Source: Leucoraja ocellata
Taxonomy: Eukaryota
Direction: 5' to 3'
NCBI GenBank assembly: GCA_036785375.1
Contig: JAWMAR010000003.1
Coordinates: 14,384,001-14,448,000, forward strand
DNA length: 64,000 nucleotides
Shown piece by piece: positions 48,818 through 63,002 of this stretch. A program made the position numbers and the translations under genes. The notes beneath the pieces were generated by a model that saw only the letters and a program-made list of their open reading frames with translations, had not been told where the DNA came from and ran no database searches. Position 1 is the stretch's first letter. Every line of letters begins with the position of its first letter.

Positions 48818-49349
48818 AGTCTCATAATGGCTGCTTTGACTTTCATTGGCACAACTTTGGTCCTCATGTTGCTAAATAGCCAAAACAAAGTGTCCAAAGG
48901 GGATGGAAAGATTGGAGGAAAGACTAGGTGCTGAGAGCTCTCTTATACCTGCATTAAGGAGGCAATTAACCTGAACAATTACAAACACCTGTGAAGCAAT
49001 GTGTCCCAAACATTACGATGCACTGAAATGGGGGGGGGGGGGAGGACTATGAATAAACACAGCTGCAATTTCTACATGGTGAAAGCAAAATGTATAAAAA
49101 TGGCCTTTATTAAAGATGATTTTTTTCTATTACAAATCTCAAATTGTGGAGTACAGAGGCAAATAAATAAATGATGGGTATTTGTCCCAAACATTATGGA
49201 GGGCACTGTAAATCTATCAGATCACCCCTTAGTCCCCTTCACCGAGGGAAACTGCACTCTTCCAGGAATTATTCCAGTCAGTCATGATAGAGAGAAATGC
49301 AAATGTTTCAACAAGGCCTCTCCAAAAACAATGCAACAAATGCATATAC

Positions 49350-49485
49350 CTGGCAATCCTGTAGCAAGGCCTTGACTGAAGGCAAGAGCTGAATTGGTTG
49401 CAGCAGCTGCTGCCATTGAGTCAGCTTGTTGACCCTGCTGACCCTGATTTGGAGTGAGTGGGCGCTGATTGCCACCTCGTAGAAC
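49350..49485 (-). CDS. PUM2: PUM2 coding exon (136 nt)
   Basis: tag|GTT CTA CGA...TTG CCA G|gtatat; [45 protein letters not shown]. Confidence 0.95.
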
Positions 49486-50099
49486 CTACAAATAATGTAG
49501 AAAAATTAATTAATATTTTACTATTTTCATGATACATATCAGCCAGCTAAACTCATGAATAAATAGATTCTCAGCACCAAAAGTCAATTACTTGGGTATG
49601 CTCTGTCACTAGTCTTAAAATGTTGAGGTTAAAAAAAAAACAATACAATTTGTGCCACACATCTCCAGAGATCCAGATTTGATCCTAGCTTTTCAGTGTT
49701 GTCCTTACATAGCCCACATATTCTTCTTGTGACTGGGTGGGTTTCCAGGGCCTTGGCAAAGATGGGATGATTGATTTGTGAATTGGCATCCATAAATTGT
49801 GACTAGTGAGAGTGGGTGGGAGGAAAATGAAATGATTGGTTGGGGGACAACGACTCTATGCTAATGTAAAAGTAAAAATAGGTATTTGTGTGGAGTGGTG
49901 CTTGAAGATCAATTGGTTAGGCTGAAAGGCCGGTTCTTTTACGGGTTCATCATGACAAAATCAACAAAAACGTGTCATCCAGTATCTAATTAAATTTGTC
50001 TGGAAAAATATAAAGAATTCAGTACAACACTACAGCATTTAAAGTAATTATTTTATTAGAAGGGAGTACTAGACCTTGAAATTAATTGGAAACACATAC

Positions 50100-50242
50100 T
50101 TGTTGTCCTTGCTGTGCCTGTGATGCAGCCTGCTGGTTAGCAGAATTATTTGCAGCTGCTGCAGCTGCTTGCTGTTGGAACAGATTTGCTGGATACACAC
50201 CCCATGGAACTCCATAATACTGAGGTGGGACAACTGTAGGAC
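50100..50242 (-). CDS. PUM2: PUM2 coding exon (143 nt)
   Basis: tag|GT CCT ACA...CAA CAA|gtatgt; [29 protein letters not shown]. Confidence 0.95.
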
Positions 50243-50744
50243 CTAGCACAAAGACACGCAGTGGTGAGTCAGCCATGTTCACTGGTCTTTTTTCAGCTTC
50301 CACTGGAATAAATTGTTCACAAATGCTATTGGAATTACTCTAACATTTTCTTTACTGTTATTGCCCCTTTAAACATCTATCTTCTAAACTCATGTTTCAA
50401 TATGCCCTGGTCATCTGAAACTTTATTCAACCGTCCTCTCCTGTGTGTATGCTGCTATCACTTAATTACCAATCCTGCACTGCCTATTTTGGCGCAACAT
50501 TTCCATTTATATTAGGTTATTAGTTACTGAAATGATGAGCACTCCAAATCTGCCAGTAATGTGATCTTTTGAATTACTAGCATTTTCCACCCTGCAATCA
50601 CATAACATTTCAAACTTTTTTAATAATTGGAACTAAATTGAGAAAAAATATTGCAGGTGAATGGAAATGGATTGGGAAAGAGGAAAGGATTTAGAAAAAT
50701 TATTTTAACATGAATGAATGTGGTTGAATATCTAGATCGAAAAT

Positions 50745-50900
50745 TAGAAAACCCGTGCCAAGGATTGAGCCAAAGTGGCAAATATTAAGTATATCAGGAA
50801 TACATCTGCTGCTGGAGGTGTTGAATTTCACATACTATGGTAAACATCAACTGTCTGCTCGCTGAGGACTCAAAAGATCACATTCATTATTCACAGCATT
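50745..50900 (+). mobile_element. Decayed Deu-domain SINE remnant
   Basis: ctg.tggaggtg...tttca....ggtaaac....gtctgc.c.ct.agg...aaaagatc resembles the Deu core. Confidence 0.4.
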
Positions 50901-52603
50901 TGTTATAAAATCAATAAATCAATGGCACAAATTGTGAAAAATTGGTTTGCTATAAAAACCATTACTGAGATAAGGTTATTTGATAGCCAAGATTTTGGAA
51001 ATAATGATTCTAGGCTACTTGATATTTAGAAAAGAGAGAGAATGGAAACTGGTTTGGTGTGAGACATCTGATCCTCATAATGAAGAAAGACAAAGTAGCA
51101 ACGATAGCTCTTACCTTAGAAAGGAGACAAGTAAAATGAGCACGAATCACGACAGAGTTGAAGAGAGTTCAAAACCATTGGCTATTTAATAGCAGCTATA
51201 TCAGGGGACTGTTATTCCATTAATACAAAGATTTAGGGGGGGTCAAGGAAAGAGTGTTCACGTCGCGGCCCTGTTTCCTCCAATCTTTCCCCCACCACAC
51301 ACAAGAAGCGCAACACAGACACCACTGTATGCAGATGCCGAGAAGTGTGTTCAGCTCTGGTGTGGACTCGATAAGATTTAGTAGTAAAAACAAAACAATA
51401 TCACAGAGCCTTGAATTTTTACATTAACTACAAATGAAAACAAGTTCAGTCCAAGCATTCAGAGAGGCTTACTGGAAGCCCACCTCATGAGATCAACAAG
51501 AGAAATAGCTATTTGAGAGAGATGATTGATCAGCAACCTCAGAATGTGATTCGCTGGAGAAAACAGGTTTATAGCACTATCAAAGGTAACGTAGAAGGCC
51601 ACATTTGGCATTTAATTATCAAAGAATGCCCCAAAAAAAAACAATATATAGAAAATAAAAAGTGCAATAGTATATGTTATGGAAAATTATGGTGTGGGGC
51701 ATGGCAAGCTATAATGGGGAAAAATAAAAGTGTTTTCAAATCCTGAACTGATTGACAGATTTGAAATGCCTTTAGTTAGTTCCACCTCCGGACTCCACAA
51801 AGAACCCTCTAGAGCATGATGCATGAGCATGAGCATGATAGACTCCTTTGCATTAGTCTCAGTTAGATCTGGCACAAATTTAAAAAATCGCCAATTTTAA
51901 CATGGATTCTACAGCAGAAAAAAACAAAGTAAAGAAGGAACGATCCATTAAAACTATTTTGGTTCAATCCAACTCTTAATTAGCTTGTATCAAATAAAGG
52001 CTAATTGAAAAAAAAAATGTTTTAGCTCATTTTGTGACATTTAAAAATCCTTATAATATTATCATTGGATACATATAATTTATGACAGTCCTTTGCATTC
52101 AGATCTGGAAATAATGAGTGTGGGGGAACAAAATAGCAATTCCAAATAAAATGGGATAGACCAGGATTCACCCCAAGATAGACCAGGATTCACCCCAATA
52201 CTTAATAGTTGCAACTTAAATGTACAAGACTGAATTGCAGAGCAGATGTGAGGTATATAATGGCCTACATCCATTCTTATTCATCTCATCAATAATCCAT
52301 TTTGTATTCAAAACAGAATGCATAGCATATCACCATTGCCTCATATTAAGCCATGCTGTTTACCACGCATGTCCCATCCTCTCCATGCAGTCTCACCTCA
52401 ATGGTAAGTGATTGGAACTGGAAATATTTAGCACGTTTTCCTCACCAAAGCCTAGGCTATGCATCCACACTGTCAATGTGGCTCAAAGCAGTTAGTTCAA
52501 ACGCAAATAATGAGCTATATGGAAGTGCACTGAATCAAATGGCTGCCTTTTACTTCTTCAAAAGCCATCAAGAGAGACCTATATAATCTTATTTAGTCCT
52601 TTA

Positions 52604-52759
<156 letters not shown>

Positions 52760-53519
52760 TTAAGACAAAAATATTAATTACTCACTCTATTCAAAACAAT
52801 TCACAAAACACATTTTTGAACACGTTCACCCTTCATCCCTGCTGACAAACACTCTCCTCCCCCCAACACAAAATCGAAATAACTCCTCTCAGCGGTACAT
52901 GTCTGATTTACCTATAGCACGCGCAACAATAACATGAGTTGCAACACCAGTGCTGATAAGGTTGTGTAGATATTAAACAGTATGTGAGGGAGGTTAACGC
53001 AGTGGGACTGCCAATTGCAGAATTTCTGGGAAGGGCTTCATAGTCCATTGAACGGTCATTTAAAAATGCGCTGCGTCCTGCTGCCATTCCACCCAATTAT
53101 TTCAAACATTAGTTCCAGCACTTGAGGTTACATATACAAGATGTTCAAATAATCCTTTGTAACCACATACGTGTGAGAATGAGAATGTTATTGGACATGC
53201 CTACTAAGATGTGCCTAATTCATTTTATTCTCAGGTAAGAAATCAAGCGGCAAGTGAGATTCCATACCAAAGTAGTTAAGCATTCTTGCTTCCACAATTT
53301 CTACTGCTGATATCACGCTGCATATTCTACACCCCCCCACCCCAACGGAGTGTAGAGATGGTCAGTCTGTCCATAATAGTTTATGGTAGTGTCTGTGCTT
53401 CACATAAACCTTTCTTCATTCGTCTTCATCTAAGTCATAACGTTCCAGTTTTCTCTCGCTCTATGGGTTCAGTCTTCTAATAAACATTATTTGACATTCT
53501 AAACGATCAATATGAACAA

Positions 53520-53850
53520 GGTAGACAAAAATGCTGGAGAAACTCAGCGGGTGAGGCAGCATCTATGGAGCGATAGAAATGGGCAACGTTTCGGGTCGAG
53601 ACCGTTCTTCAGACTGATGTGAAGGTGGGGGAAGAAGAAAGGAAGAGGCAGAGACAGTGGGCTGAGGGAGAGCAGAAAAGGGGAGGAGAAAGCAGGGACC
53701 ACCTGAAATTAGAGAAGTGAATGTTCATACTGCTGGGGTGTAAACTGCCCAAGTGAAATATGAGGTGCCACTCAATCAATTTACGGTGGTCCTCACTCTG
53801 GCCATGGAGGAGGCCCAGGACAGAAAGGTCGGTTTCGGAATGGGAGGGAG
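53520..53850 (-). mobile_element. Penelope-like 3' fragment
   Basis: SHSETDLSVLGLLH...HLIFHLGSLHP plus terminal repeat. Confidence 0.8.
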
Positions 53851-53977
53851 CCAGGAAGATAATCAAAAGGGACTTATTTTTCACCCAGACTTGCTTTCAC
53901 CAAGGTTAAAGTATTTAACCTTTCATTTTACTTTATCCAATCATATATTGACTAGATATCTTATACTTGCTCCTTAC

Positions 53978-54071
53978 CTATATGTGGCTGCTGGCTTGCT
54001 GCCAGGGCATACTGCTGTTGTTGGGCTGCAGTCAGCTGCTGTACTGTCAGTGCATTTTGCCGTTGGAAGAG
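53978..54071 (-). CDS. PUM2: PUM2 coding exon (94 nt)
   Basis: cag|CTC TTC CAA...CAT ATA G|gtaagg; [31 protein letters not shown]. Confidence 0.95.
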
Positions 54072-54818
54072 CTGCAATGCACAATTACAAAATGAATGTG
54101 GAGCACCACAGCAAAGCACTCATATATTTTACCTTACAGTTTCTTCAAGAATTACATGTAACAGCAGAGAAGAATGACAAAAGAAAATAAATATTTTGAT
54201 CACCATTCTAATACACTCCTACAAGTATCTTGTAAAACAGCATTCAAGATAATTAACTATAACAGAATAATTTAGTCACAAATAGTGGGCAAAAGCTCAA
54301 TTTGAATGCAACCTGACTTGTTGAGAGTTGGAGATATTTATTAGCCTGCTTCCAGTATGTCTGCTGTTAGTAAGTGACTATAGATGATTCTCAGAAACCG
54401 CTCATTGTGTGATAGTATTTTGCAATTTTAAGTAATAATGTTAACAAACTTTCATTATTTTAGTTTCACAACATAACTGGAATGAACACATCTTAAAAAT
54501 ATTACTGGGTTCAATTGCTTTCTCAATCATACTCCAAAAACGGGTTCTCCAACTATTACCCGAGTGAAACGTCCCCTCTCAAATCCCCTGTAAATCTTCT
54601 ACTCCTGATCTTAAACCGGTCTCTGGTTTTACACACCTCTGCTTTGCACAGCAAATTCATGGCAGTTATCTAATCTGTGTCTCCCTCAATATCATCTGTT
54701 CCGCCCCCGCCCATTTAGTCTCTCCGCATACTTGAAATGCTCGATACCAGGCATCATCCTGATATTCCATAGACTCATTATCGCAAGTCCTACCGAACTC
54801 GATTAAAAGTGTCATGAG

Positions 54819-56746
54819 TAGAGCCAGGATGTTTAGGCATTAAAAAACACTGAAATAGGCAGGCAAAACGGCATAATAAAATTACAAAAAAGGCATGAAA
54901 AGGCATTTATGGACCAAAGAAGGCATTAAAAACAAAAATATGGTTTAAAATGATAATATAAAGGTATACTACATTAAATGACCACAGTTGCCTGGTTGCA
55001 CATAATTACTAGCATTTTATTCATATTATCTGGTGTTAAACCATGCCGTTTGCCAGACAGAATATGCTTCAGTTATGAAAAAACTCTTTCTACCTCAGCT
55101 AAGGTCACTGGTGCAAACCCAAAAGAAGCTACAGACTCTATATTCATGTTGATATCTTGTGCATTACAACTACCTTCGAGAACTTTAGCTAGGTTTTGTA
55201 TTTCTTCAAGATCTTTGTTAGCTAAAATCACTCTCTCACACATTTTCCTTGTATTTCTTTACCTACATCGCCAGCTTTACGAATATCGTCAGTTACTTTG
55301 TAGAAAACCTGCAAGTTATTCACTAATTTTTGCCACGTTTCTCAAGGGAAGTTTGCAAAATTGGAAGTAATAAACACAAGATCACGGTGGAGGGACTTTT
55401 CCTGCATGATTTCACTGACAATCCTGACTGCAGCAGATTCTTCTTCTTCAAAACAGTTGACAATGTATTTTATCTTTTCAAAACTTGCAGCATAGTAGGG
55501 TACAGCAGAGCGCCATGTACCCCACCTAGTCAAAACGGGCTGAGGACGTAGCGGAATCTCGTGTGTCATTTCCTTGAACAACTGCACACGTGACGGTGCT
55601 TTGAGGAAGATTTTCTTGACATTGGAAACTAGGCGATCGACATTTGGATACAAGCTACGTATGTGCTTGGCAATTCTATGAAGTCCTTGAGCTAAGCATG
55701 TCAAATGCAACATTTTGGGGAATAAAACTAAGTCACAAACAGAAGAACATTCTCGTGTTTTATACCTTACAGCAAGTGAAGATGTAAACAACTGAGCAAT
55801 AGTTGAACAGTTTGACTTCTCCAATACTTCCGATGTCAACAAATACTCCTTTGATGGTTGACCTGCCTCCAGTGTACCGATGACCACATTGGCAACATAT
55901 CTCCCCACAGCATCGGTTGGCTCGTTTATTGAGATCCATATTTTGTCGCATGCAATTTCATCTCTAATTTTCAGTACAACAATGTTGAAGTTGCTGTCAA
56001 CATAATTTTTTCGTAATGATGACTCGCTTGGTATATGTTCCTCTGTGTATTTCCACAGTGGAATTCCAGCGTCAATGAATGCCTTGCACAGATCACTCGA
56101 AAACTCAGATTTGTGACAGGAGCCAGCAGTAAATAAGTGAGGAGACAAGCTTGGGTAGTCTACACTCCAGCGGTATCAACATTGACTTCTCTAATTTTAG
56201 ATAGCCCTCGTCTTCTCCCCCCTCCCCCTTCCCAACTCTCCTTCTAGTCCTACTGTCTCCACCTCTTCCTTTCTCTCTTCCCCCCCCCCCATATCAGTCT
56301 GAAGAAGGGTCTTGAACCGAAACATCGCCTATTCCTACTCTCCATAGATGCTGCCCACTCGCTGAGTTTCTCCAGCATTTTTTGTCTACCTTCAATTTTT
56401 CCAGCATCTGCAGTTCTTTCTTAAATAGATCTTGGAGAAGATTGAACCAGCGTGCAGCAGCACGAACGAATGAATGACTGACGGTTGCGCCCCCGGTTTC
56501 GCCCCGGTGGCGGAAGTTTTCTTGTAAGTTATACTATGTTAACACGTTAATAATAACATTAATATTAACATAGAAAACATCATTGTAATCACAGTACAAC
56601 TAGAGAAAATAGCACGACCTTTTAGCAAAACTGCAAAAAAAGGCTGATTTAGGCACTCGATTGTGAAAAAGGCATTATCCTGGTGAAATCGACAAAAAAA
56701 GGCATGAAAAAGCAATTATGGCATTTAAGGGAAAATCCTGGCTCTA
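54819..56746 (-). mobile_element. hAT-superfamily transposon with decayed CGGBP1/DUF659-like transposase
   Basis: 8-bp TSD gtcatgag on both sides; TIRs tagagccaggat / atcctggctcta; ORF 55342-56148 (DLCKAFIDAGIPL, WISINEPTD, HLTCLAQGLH, PVLTRWGTW); Penelope end inserted ~56150-56425. Confidence 0.88.
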
Positions 56747-59700
56747 GTCATGAGTTTTTGGGTAATTATCACAATGGTTCACAATGTTAAAATTAACAAA
56801 ATCAATTCGTAATGTCATCCAAAACTACTGTAAGTGTAATTTCACAATTTAGTGATACTCTCTGTGAAGAGTTATAACCATGATCTGACATAGATTATCT
56901 GAAACAAATAAATGCTTTGAAATAATATTTGTTTCTGTTTTAAATTGTCTGAACATGAAATAAATATATTACATACACATACATTTTGGAATGAGAAAAA
57001 GACAAAATTGAAGTCAGAAGCTACTTCAGATGTAATGCAGTTGAAGACAGAATCAATATGTAAATTATATCTACATATTTCATCTCAGTTATCAACTGAT
57101 TTCAAATAATGAATGCTATCCAATAACAAATTCAAATATGGAAGTTCCAAAGTGCATCATGTTTAGTTGTATAAAATCTCCTCGATCTACCTTTTTCTCA
57201 GTAAGCCATTCTTGTTATCTTTCTTCTTTGCAATTACTATTGGTATCCATTTTGCAAATTCTGACCACTAACCCATCATTGCTGTGACAGATCTCGTAAT
57301 AAAAATCACTGAATCACTGCAAGAAATTGGTTTTCTTTTTTAAATTTGCATAGATTCAATCTTCTTGATAAAACTTTATCAAATTAGTGTTATTTTTGTC
57401 AGCTTCCCAATCTGACATTTCTGACTGCCAAACCAATTCTGATACAGTCCTCACCACTTTGACACAAAATTAACCCAGAACGAACATCTTTATTGTAAAA
57501 CTTCATAACTGTAGTTTCTGCATTAACTGTTTCAGATAACTAGACACTGCATATACATCAGACAATGCGGAAGGAAAATAAACCGAAAAAGTGCGAAAGA
57601 TTACTAGGAAAAACAAAAATGCCCAGTGCATAAATACCCCGCCGGGCTGCAGCTGCGGACTGGGAATGCGGCCAGAGGCCTTTATTAAGGCACCGCGGTC
57701 TCAATGCCTGGATGGCCGCAGAGATGCCCAGGCCTCGTGGGTCGGAGCCCGGGTCGGCAGAGCGGACGACAGATCACTCGACTTGGGCCACGGTCGGCAC
57801 CACAGAGGCCTCAGGAAAGGACCTGGCAGCGTTGTGGAGAGGTCGGTGCGGCCTCGCGGCAGTGGGGCCTCGGCAAAGCAAAGAATTTCACTGTGCCTTG
57901 TCACATGTGACAATAAAGTATTTCATCCATCCAAGAAAGAAAGGTTATTATTTTATGCTATTTCCATCATATTCTGAAGGGAATGAGCACAAAACTGTTC
58001 ACCGATACTGACGTTACCCATGCCAAATGGGTAATTTCCAAATTTCCTACATACTCAGCTTATGTAGAAATGAAATTAGTCGCTGATTAATATTTGTGAT
58101 CCCAATTCTTCCAATGCGACAGTTACTGAGACAATCTGAAATCAATGAACACTCTGGGAGCTTTGCAAAGTGTGAGCTCATAATAACAAATACAAAGACG
58201 AGGCAACGTAATAATGCGAAGACCATGTGTGAAGTTGGACACTTGAAAGGAATGCACTAAATGAATATCATAAATAAATGAAAGTTGCAAAGCAAATAAA
58301 TAGCTTATGAATTCAGTAAATTAAGCAACTGAAATGCTGACAGGAGAATTTGTGTAAGTTTTCCTGCCTTGTAATTCACAGAATCAATTGCACAAAAGGT
58401 TGTATGATCCATTGTAAAAGTGATGATTCTTTGAAAGAGTTCTCCAATTAGTCCAATGCATATTGACCCAGTAACTATTTCCCCTTTTCAAGCATGTATC
58501 TACTGTTTTGCGTTACAATGACTTGATTTATGAAAGCACCACGCTGTCTGGTTCTTTTGACAAATACAATAACTTTTTTCCCTCTGATTACCTATCTTTC
58601 TGCATGAAACAATTCCATTTGTTCACTTTGATGAAAACCACAAATTGCAATTTTTAATAACCTGAATTGAATGAATGCCCTGGCATAGCAAAAAATGTGA
58701 AAGAAAATTAAAATGAGCAAAAACACCAAACATGACGGTGCCACATTATGATTTATGAATATCAAAACTGTAGAGAATGGGAAAAAATGTGGCTTCAAGT
58801 AAACTTTAAACAATGCAAGCCATTTCTGTCCAAATTAAAATCAAGGCATGATGCACGTTGAGCAAAAATCCTGAAACCTTCTATCTTTCACAATTATCTA
58901 GCATAAAATTGTGATATAGTGTTCTGAAAATTGGTATTAGCTGACAACTGTATATAATAAGGATTGTTATGGGAGCTGTTAGTACACTAAACAATTATTA
59001 TACGAGTTTTCTATTTATTTTGCTAGTTATAGATTATGCCTAGATATAGGCTAAAATTCTACAATTCCAGTTGATAAAACAACAGCTTCAGATGGAACTT
59101 TAAGGGGAGCAATGAGTTTATATTTTGCCCTATTGCTCACAATCTTAACTTTCATTGCTTTTAAGAGAAAAACCCTAGCCTCTTTCATTTCTGCATTACA
59201 GGATGCTATTCCAGTAAATCTCTTCTCAACTGTAGAAAGAGTATAGTACTTACTTAACATTGTACCTAAATTCCACTACCTTTAATACATTGAATATTGC
59301 AGGTACATGCTGGATTTGTTTAGCTCAACTAATAATGCTTGTTTAAAGCTCCAAGTGATATTCAAAATAGTTTCTTTCACTTTCTATGATAACACAGCCT
59401 TAACTTATATGTATTAAGCAAATTTCGAAATCAGCAATGCAAGATGACTGTGAAGAAAACATAAAACGGTGGCTAAATCGTAAACATTTTGAACAAGTCC
59501 TTTATCCATAACTGGTTTGAACAGCGGTTTCAGCCGCACGCCATACCCTTCCGGTCAGAACAGATTCATCTGATGGAATACTTTTCCTGAAATTTTCCTC
59601 TAATGTTCTACTTCAAGCTATTAGCTTGTAAAAAATAATTTTAACGCTATTAAATAGAAACTGACTATGTGCTACATCCAGGACATTTTGCAAACATTCT

Positions 59701-60189
59701 TACGACTGTCTTGAACCTTAACTTCAGGCACTATGTAAAGATCTTGAGAACCATTGCTATAAAATTCAACATTTCAGGCAGTTTTAATCAGAAGGAACAA
59801 ATCAAAACTTCTTTGCTGAATCTCAATGCACTTAGCTTTGCATTAGAAGTCCTTGTTTGTTGTTACTTCTTATGCCAATTTCCATATATTTCACAGATCA
59901 ACCAAGATTTAAATATTGCATAAATAGAGCATGGAAAAATTAAAGCACCAAATTCTGAAAGATAAATTCTAAAAAAAAAACCTTAAAGTAATAAAATTTG
60001 AAAATACAGCTGAACAACAAACCATGCTAACGAACATAAATGATAATTTTCTTATAAGCTTTTGAACTACGTCAAATCACATCTCCATGGCAGGAAAAGT
60101 TTTGAAAATTGACACTGGCAAAATCCTGCAGTGGTATTGGTCAAGTTTTCTTGGATTGTAGATTGTGGATTGCAAAAATGGTTAAACCC

Positions 60190-60760
60190 TCTGCTAGCAT
60201 TTATTTCAAGAGGGCTTGAATACAAAAACAGTGATGTAATGCTGAGGCTCTATAAGGCACTGGTCAGGCCGCATTTGGCGTATTGTGAGCGATTTTGGGC
60301 ACCATATCTGAGGAAGGATGTGGTGGACCTGGAGAGGGTCCAGAGGAGTTTCATAAGAATGATCCCAGAAATTAGTGGGTTAACTTATGATGAGTGTTTG
60401 ATGGTACTGGGTCTGTACTCGCTGGAATTTAGAAGAATGAGGGAGGGACCTCATTGAAATGAAACAAATAGTGAAAGGTTTGGATAGAGTGGATGTGGAA
60501 AGAATGTTTCCACTAGTGGGAGAGTCTAGGACTAGAGGCCATAGCCTAAGAATGAGAAGACGTTCCTTTAGGAAGGAGGCGATGAGGAACTTCTTTAGTC
60601 AGAGGGTGGTGAATCTGTGAAATTTTTGATCAGTATGGGTGTCAGGGATTATGGGGAGAAAGCAGGAGAATGGGGTTAGAATGGAGCGATAGATCAGCCA
60701 TGATTTAATGGCAGAGTAGACTTAATGGGTTGAATGGCCTAATTCTGCTCCTATTACATG
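60190..60760 (+). mobile_element. CR1 LINE 3' fragment
   Basis: LYKALVRPHLAYC..FWAPYLRKD...GLYSLEFRRMR. Confidence 0.88.
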
Positions 60761-61168
60761 TGACCATATGATTAACTAAACACCTTCAAGCACAACTAAG
60801 AATTAAGGGTATTTGCCTGTGGAGTGAACAAATTTAAATGATGAAAACGTTTATAATTCCAATCGGCTCTTGAAAAATTGGCATTGGTTATGGTTGATTT
60901 TACATTCAAACTAAATGAATGTTTTATTCTCATTTTTTGAGCATTGGCAAAGAGATGCCCCAATTCCAATAAGGTGAAAATCTGTAAAATCATGTTCTGG
61001 TCTAGGCTTTACTGTAGTTAATCTGGCACTGAATCTGAGCAAGTTTTTGCAAATGATTTGGGTCTTAGAGCATTCTGATATACTTTTCTATTTCAAATGT
61101 ACTCAACTCTGTATATGATGCTTTATCTCAAGGGAGAAACAAACACCAAATCACTCAGCAGGACTAAC

Positions 61169-61448
61169 CTGATGCTGGGAGCTGTAGTCAAAAAGACCCA
61201 CAGCTGCTGCTGCTGCTGAAGAGTCCATGGATACTTGATTGCTTGAATAGTCAAACTGCAAATGATCTAAGCCAACTGTGGCCTCAATGCTGTCTAAATT
61301 TTGAGTGTCAGAATTATGAAACTCTTCTCCAGGTGGTTTATTTGCTGTAGCATTGGTCAATTGGCCTAAACCTTCTGAAGTGTTCTGGTTTGGACCCAGG
61401 CGTTCAGCCATTTCCGTGGGAGGCGCTTGATGGCTTCCAAGAGTACGG
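61169..61448 (-). CDS. PUM2: PUM2 coding exon (first in window; 280 nt)
   Basis: cag|C CGT ACT...CAT CAG|gttagt; RTLGSHQAPPTEMAERLGPNQNTSEGLG...GLFDYSSQHQ resembles the PUM2 N-terminal region; phase fits the next exon. Confidence 0.93.
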
Positions 61449-62474
61449 CTGTGCAGCATAAAGATACAAATATGGGTTTATAGTTTTCTGTTAAATGCAA
61501 CATACATACTCTTTAAAAAAGGCAATTGATTTTGAATTATTAAGAAGCTAGCTTAAAAAAGAGGGGCTTCTCATCGTGTAATTATTAAAACAATCCTTAA
61601 TTAACATTACAAATACAAATGGATATTGGACATATATTAAAGAGATTTCCGTACATTTCAAATTAATTGGATAAATCCAAATTGGTAACATAATGATGTG
61701 CTTAGCGAAAATAACTTATTTTCAATACCAAATTAATTGACACACCAAACAGGTTAATAAACACTGTGGTTCTTAATACTCGAATGATAACCTGTTTATC
61801 GTAGGATTCATTAACAAAATATAAAATACACAATTATTGCCAAAAAGGTATCGTACAGTGCCCTCCATGTTTGGGACAAAGACCCATCATTTATTTATTT
61901 TCCTCTGTACTACACCATTTGAGATTTGTAATAGAAAAACAAAAAAAATCACTATAAGTTAAAGTGCATATTGTCTGATTTTATTAAAGGCCATTTTTAC
62001 ACATTTTGTTCACCATGTAGAAATAACAGCTTTGTTTATACATAGTCCCCCCACTTCAGGGCACCATAATATTTGACACAATAATGTCATGTCAATGAAA
62101 GTAGTCATGTTTAGTATTTTGGTGCATATCCTTTGCATGCAATGACTGCTTGAAGTCTGCGATTTATGGACATCACCAGTGCTGGGTGCCTTCTCTGGTG
62201 ATGCTCTGCCAGGACCGTATTGCAGCCATCTTTAGCTTATGCTAGTTGTGGGGGCTAGTCCCCTTCAGTTTTCTCTGCAGCATATAAAAGGAATGCTCAA
62301 TTGGATTCAGATCAGATGATTGGCTTGGCCACTCATGAATTTACCATTTTGTAACTTTGATAAACTCCTTCGCTGCTTTAGGAGTATGTTTGGGATTGTC
62401 TTGCTGTAGAATGAACCGCCAGCCAATGCGTTTTGAGGCATTTGGTTGAAATTGAGCAGATAGGATGTCTAAAC

Positions 62475-62881
62475 TCTGTGTCCCCAGAGTCAGAACTAAA
62501 CATGGAGAGGCAGCATTTAGTTTTTATGCATCATGTATCTGGAACAAACTCCCAGAAAACTGCAGGTCTGCTGCAACTCTCAGCTCTTTTAAATCTAGAC
62601 TGAAGACTTTTCTGTTTGCCGCTGCCTTTCAGTAAACAATACAATTTATTAATTACCTATACTGCACTGTAACTTCTATTCCTGGTTTTATTCTATTTTA
62701 AATATTTTATTTGATTGCTTTTAATTTTGTAATTATTTTATCTGAATAATCTAATAATCGTTTTACATCTAAATGTCATTTTATATGTGTTTCTTTCCAA
62801 TGCTTTTAATGTTTTATGAAAAGCACTTTGAATTACCTTGTTGTTGAAAGGTGCTATACAAATAAACTTGCCTTGCCTTGC
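62475..62881 (+). mobile_element. L2-like LINE 3' end
   Basis: tggaacaaactccc...tttaaatctagactgaagac; aataaa + (ttgcc)n tail; flanked by ctaaac. Confidence 0.75.
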
Positions 62882-63002
62882 CTAAACACTTCAGAATTAA
62901 TTATGCTGCTACCGTCCGCAGTTGTATTATCAATGAAGATAAGTGAGCCAGTACCTTCAGCAGCCATACATGCCCAGGCCACAACACCCCCACCACTGTG
63001 TT

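Larger units (their letters stand above)
45009..49208 (-). mobile_element. Tc1-like transposon split by L2 and RTEX-like insertions
   Basis: TA-flanked TIRs of the same family as 11517-13076; transposase pieces at 45256-45540, 47220-47900 and 48820-48870. Confidence 0.93.
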
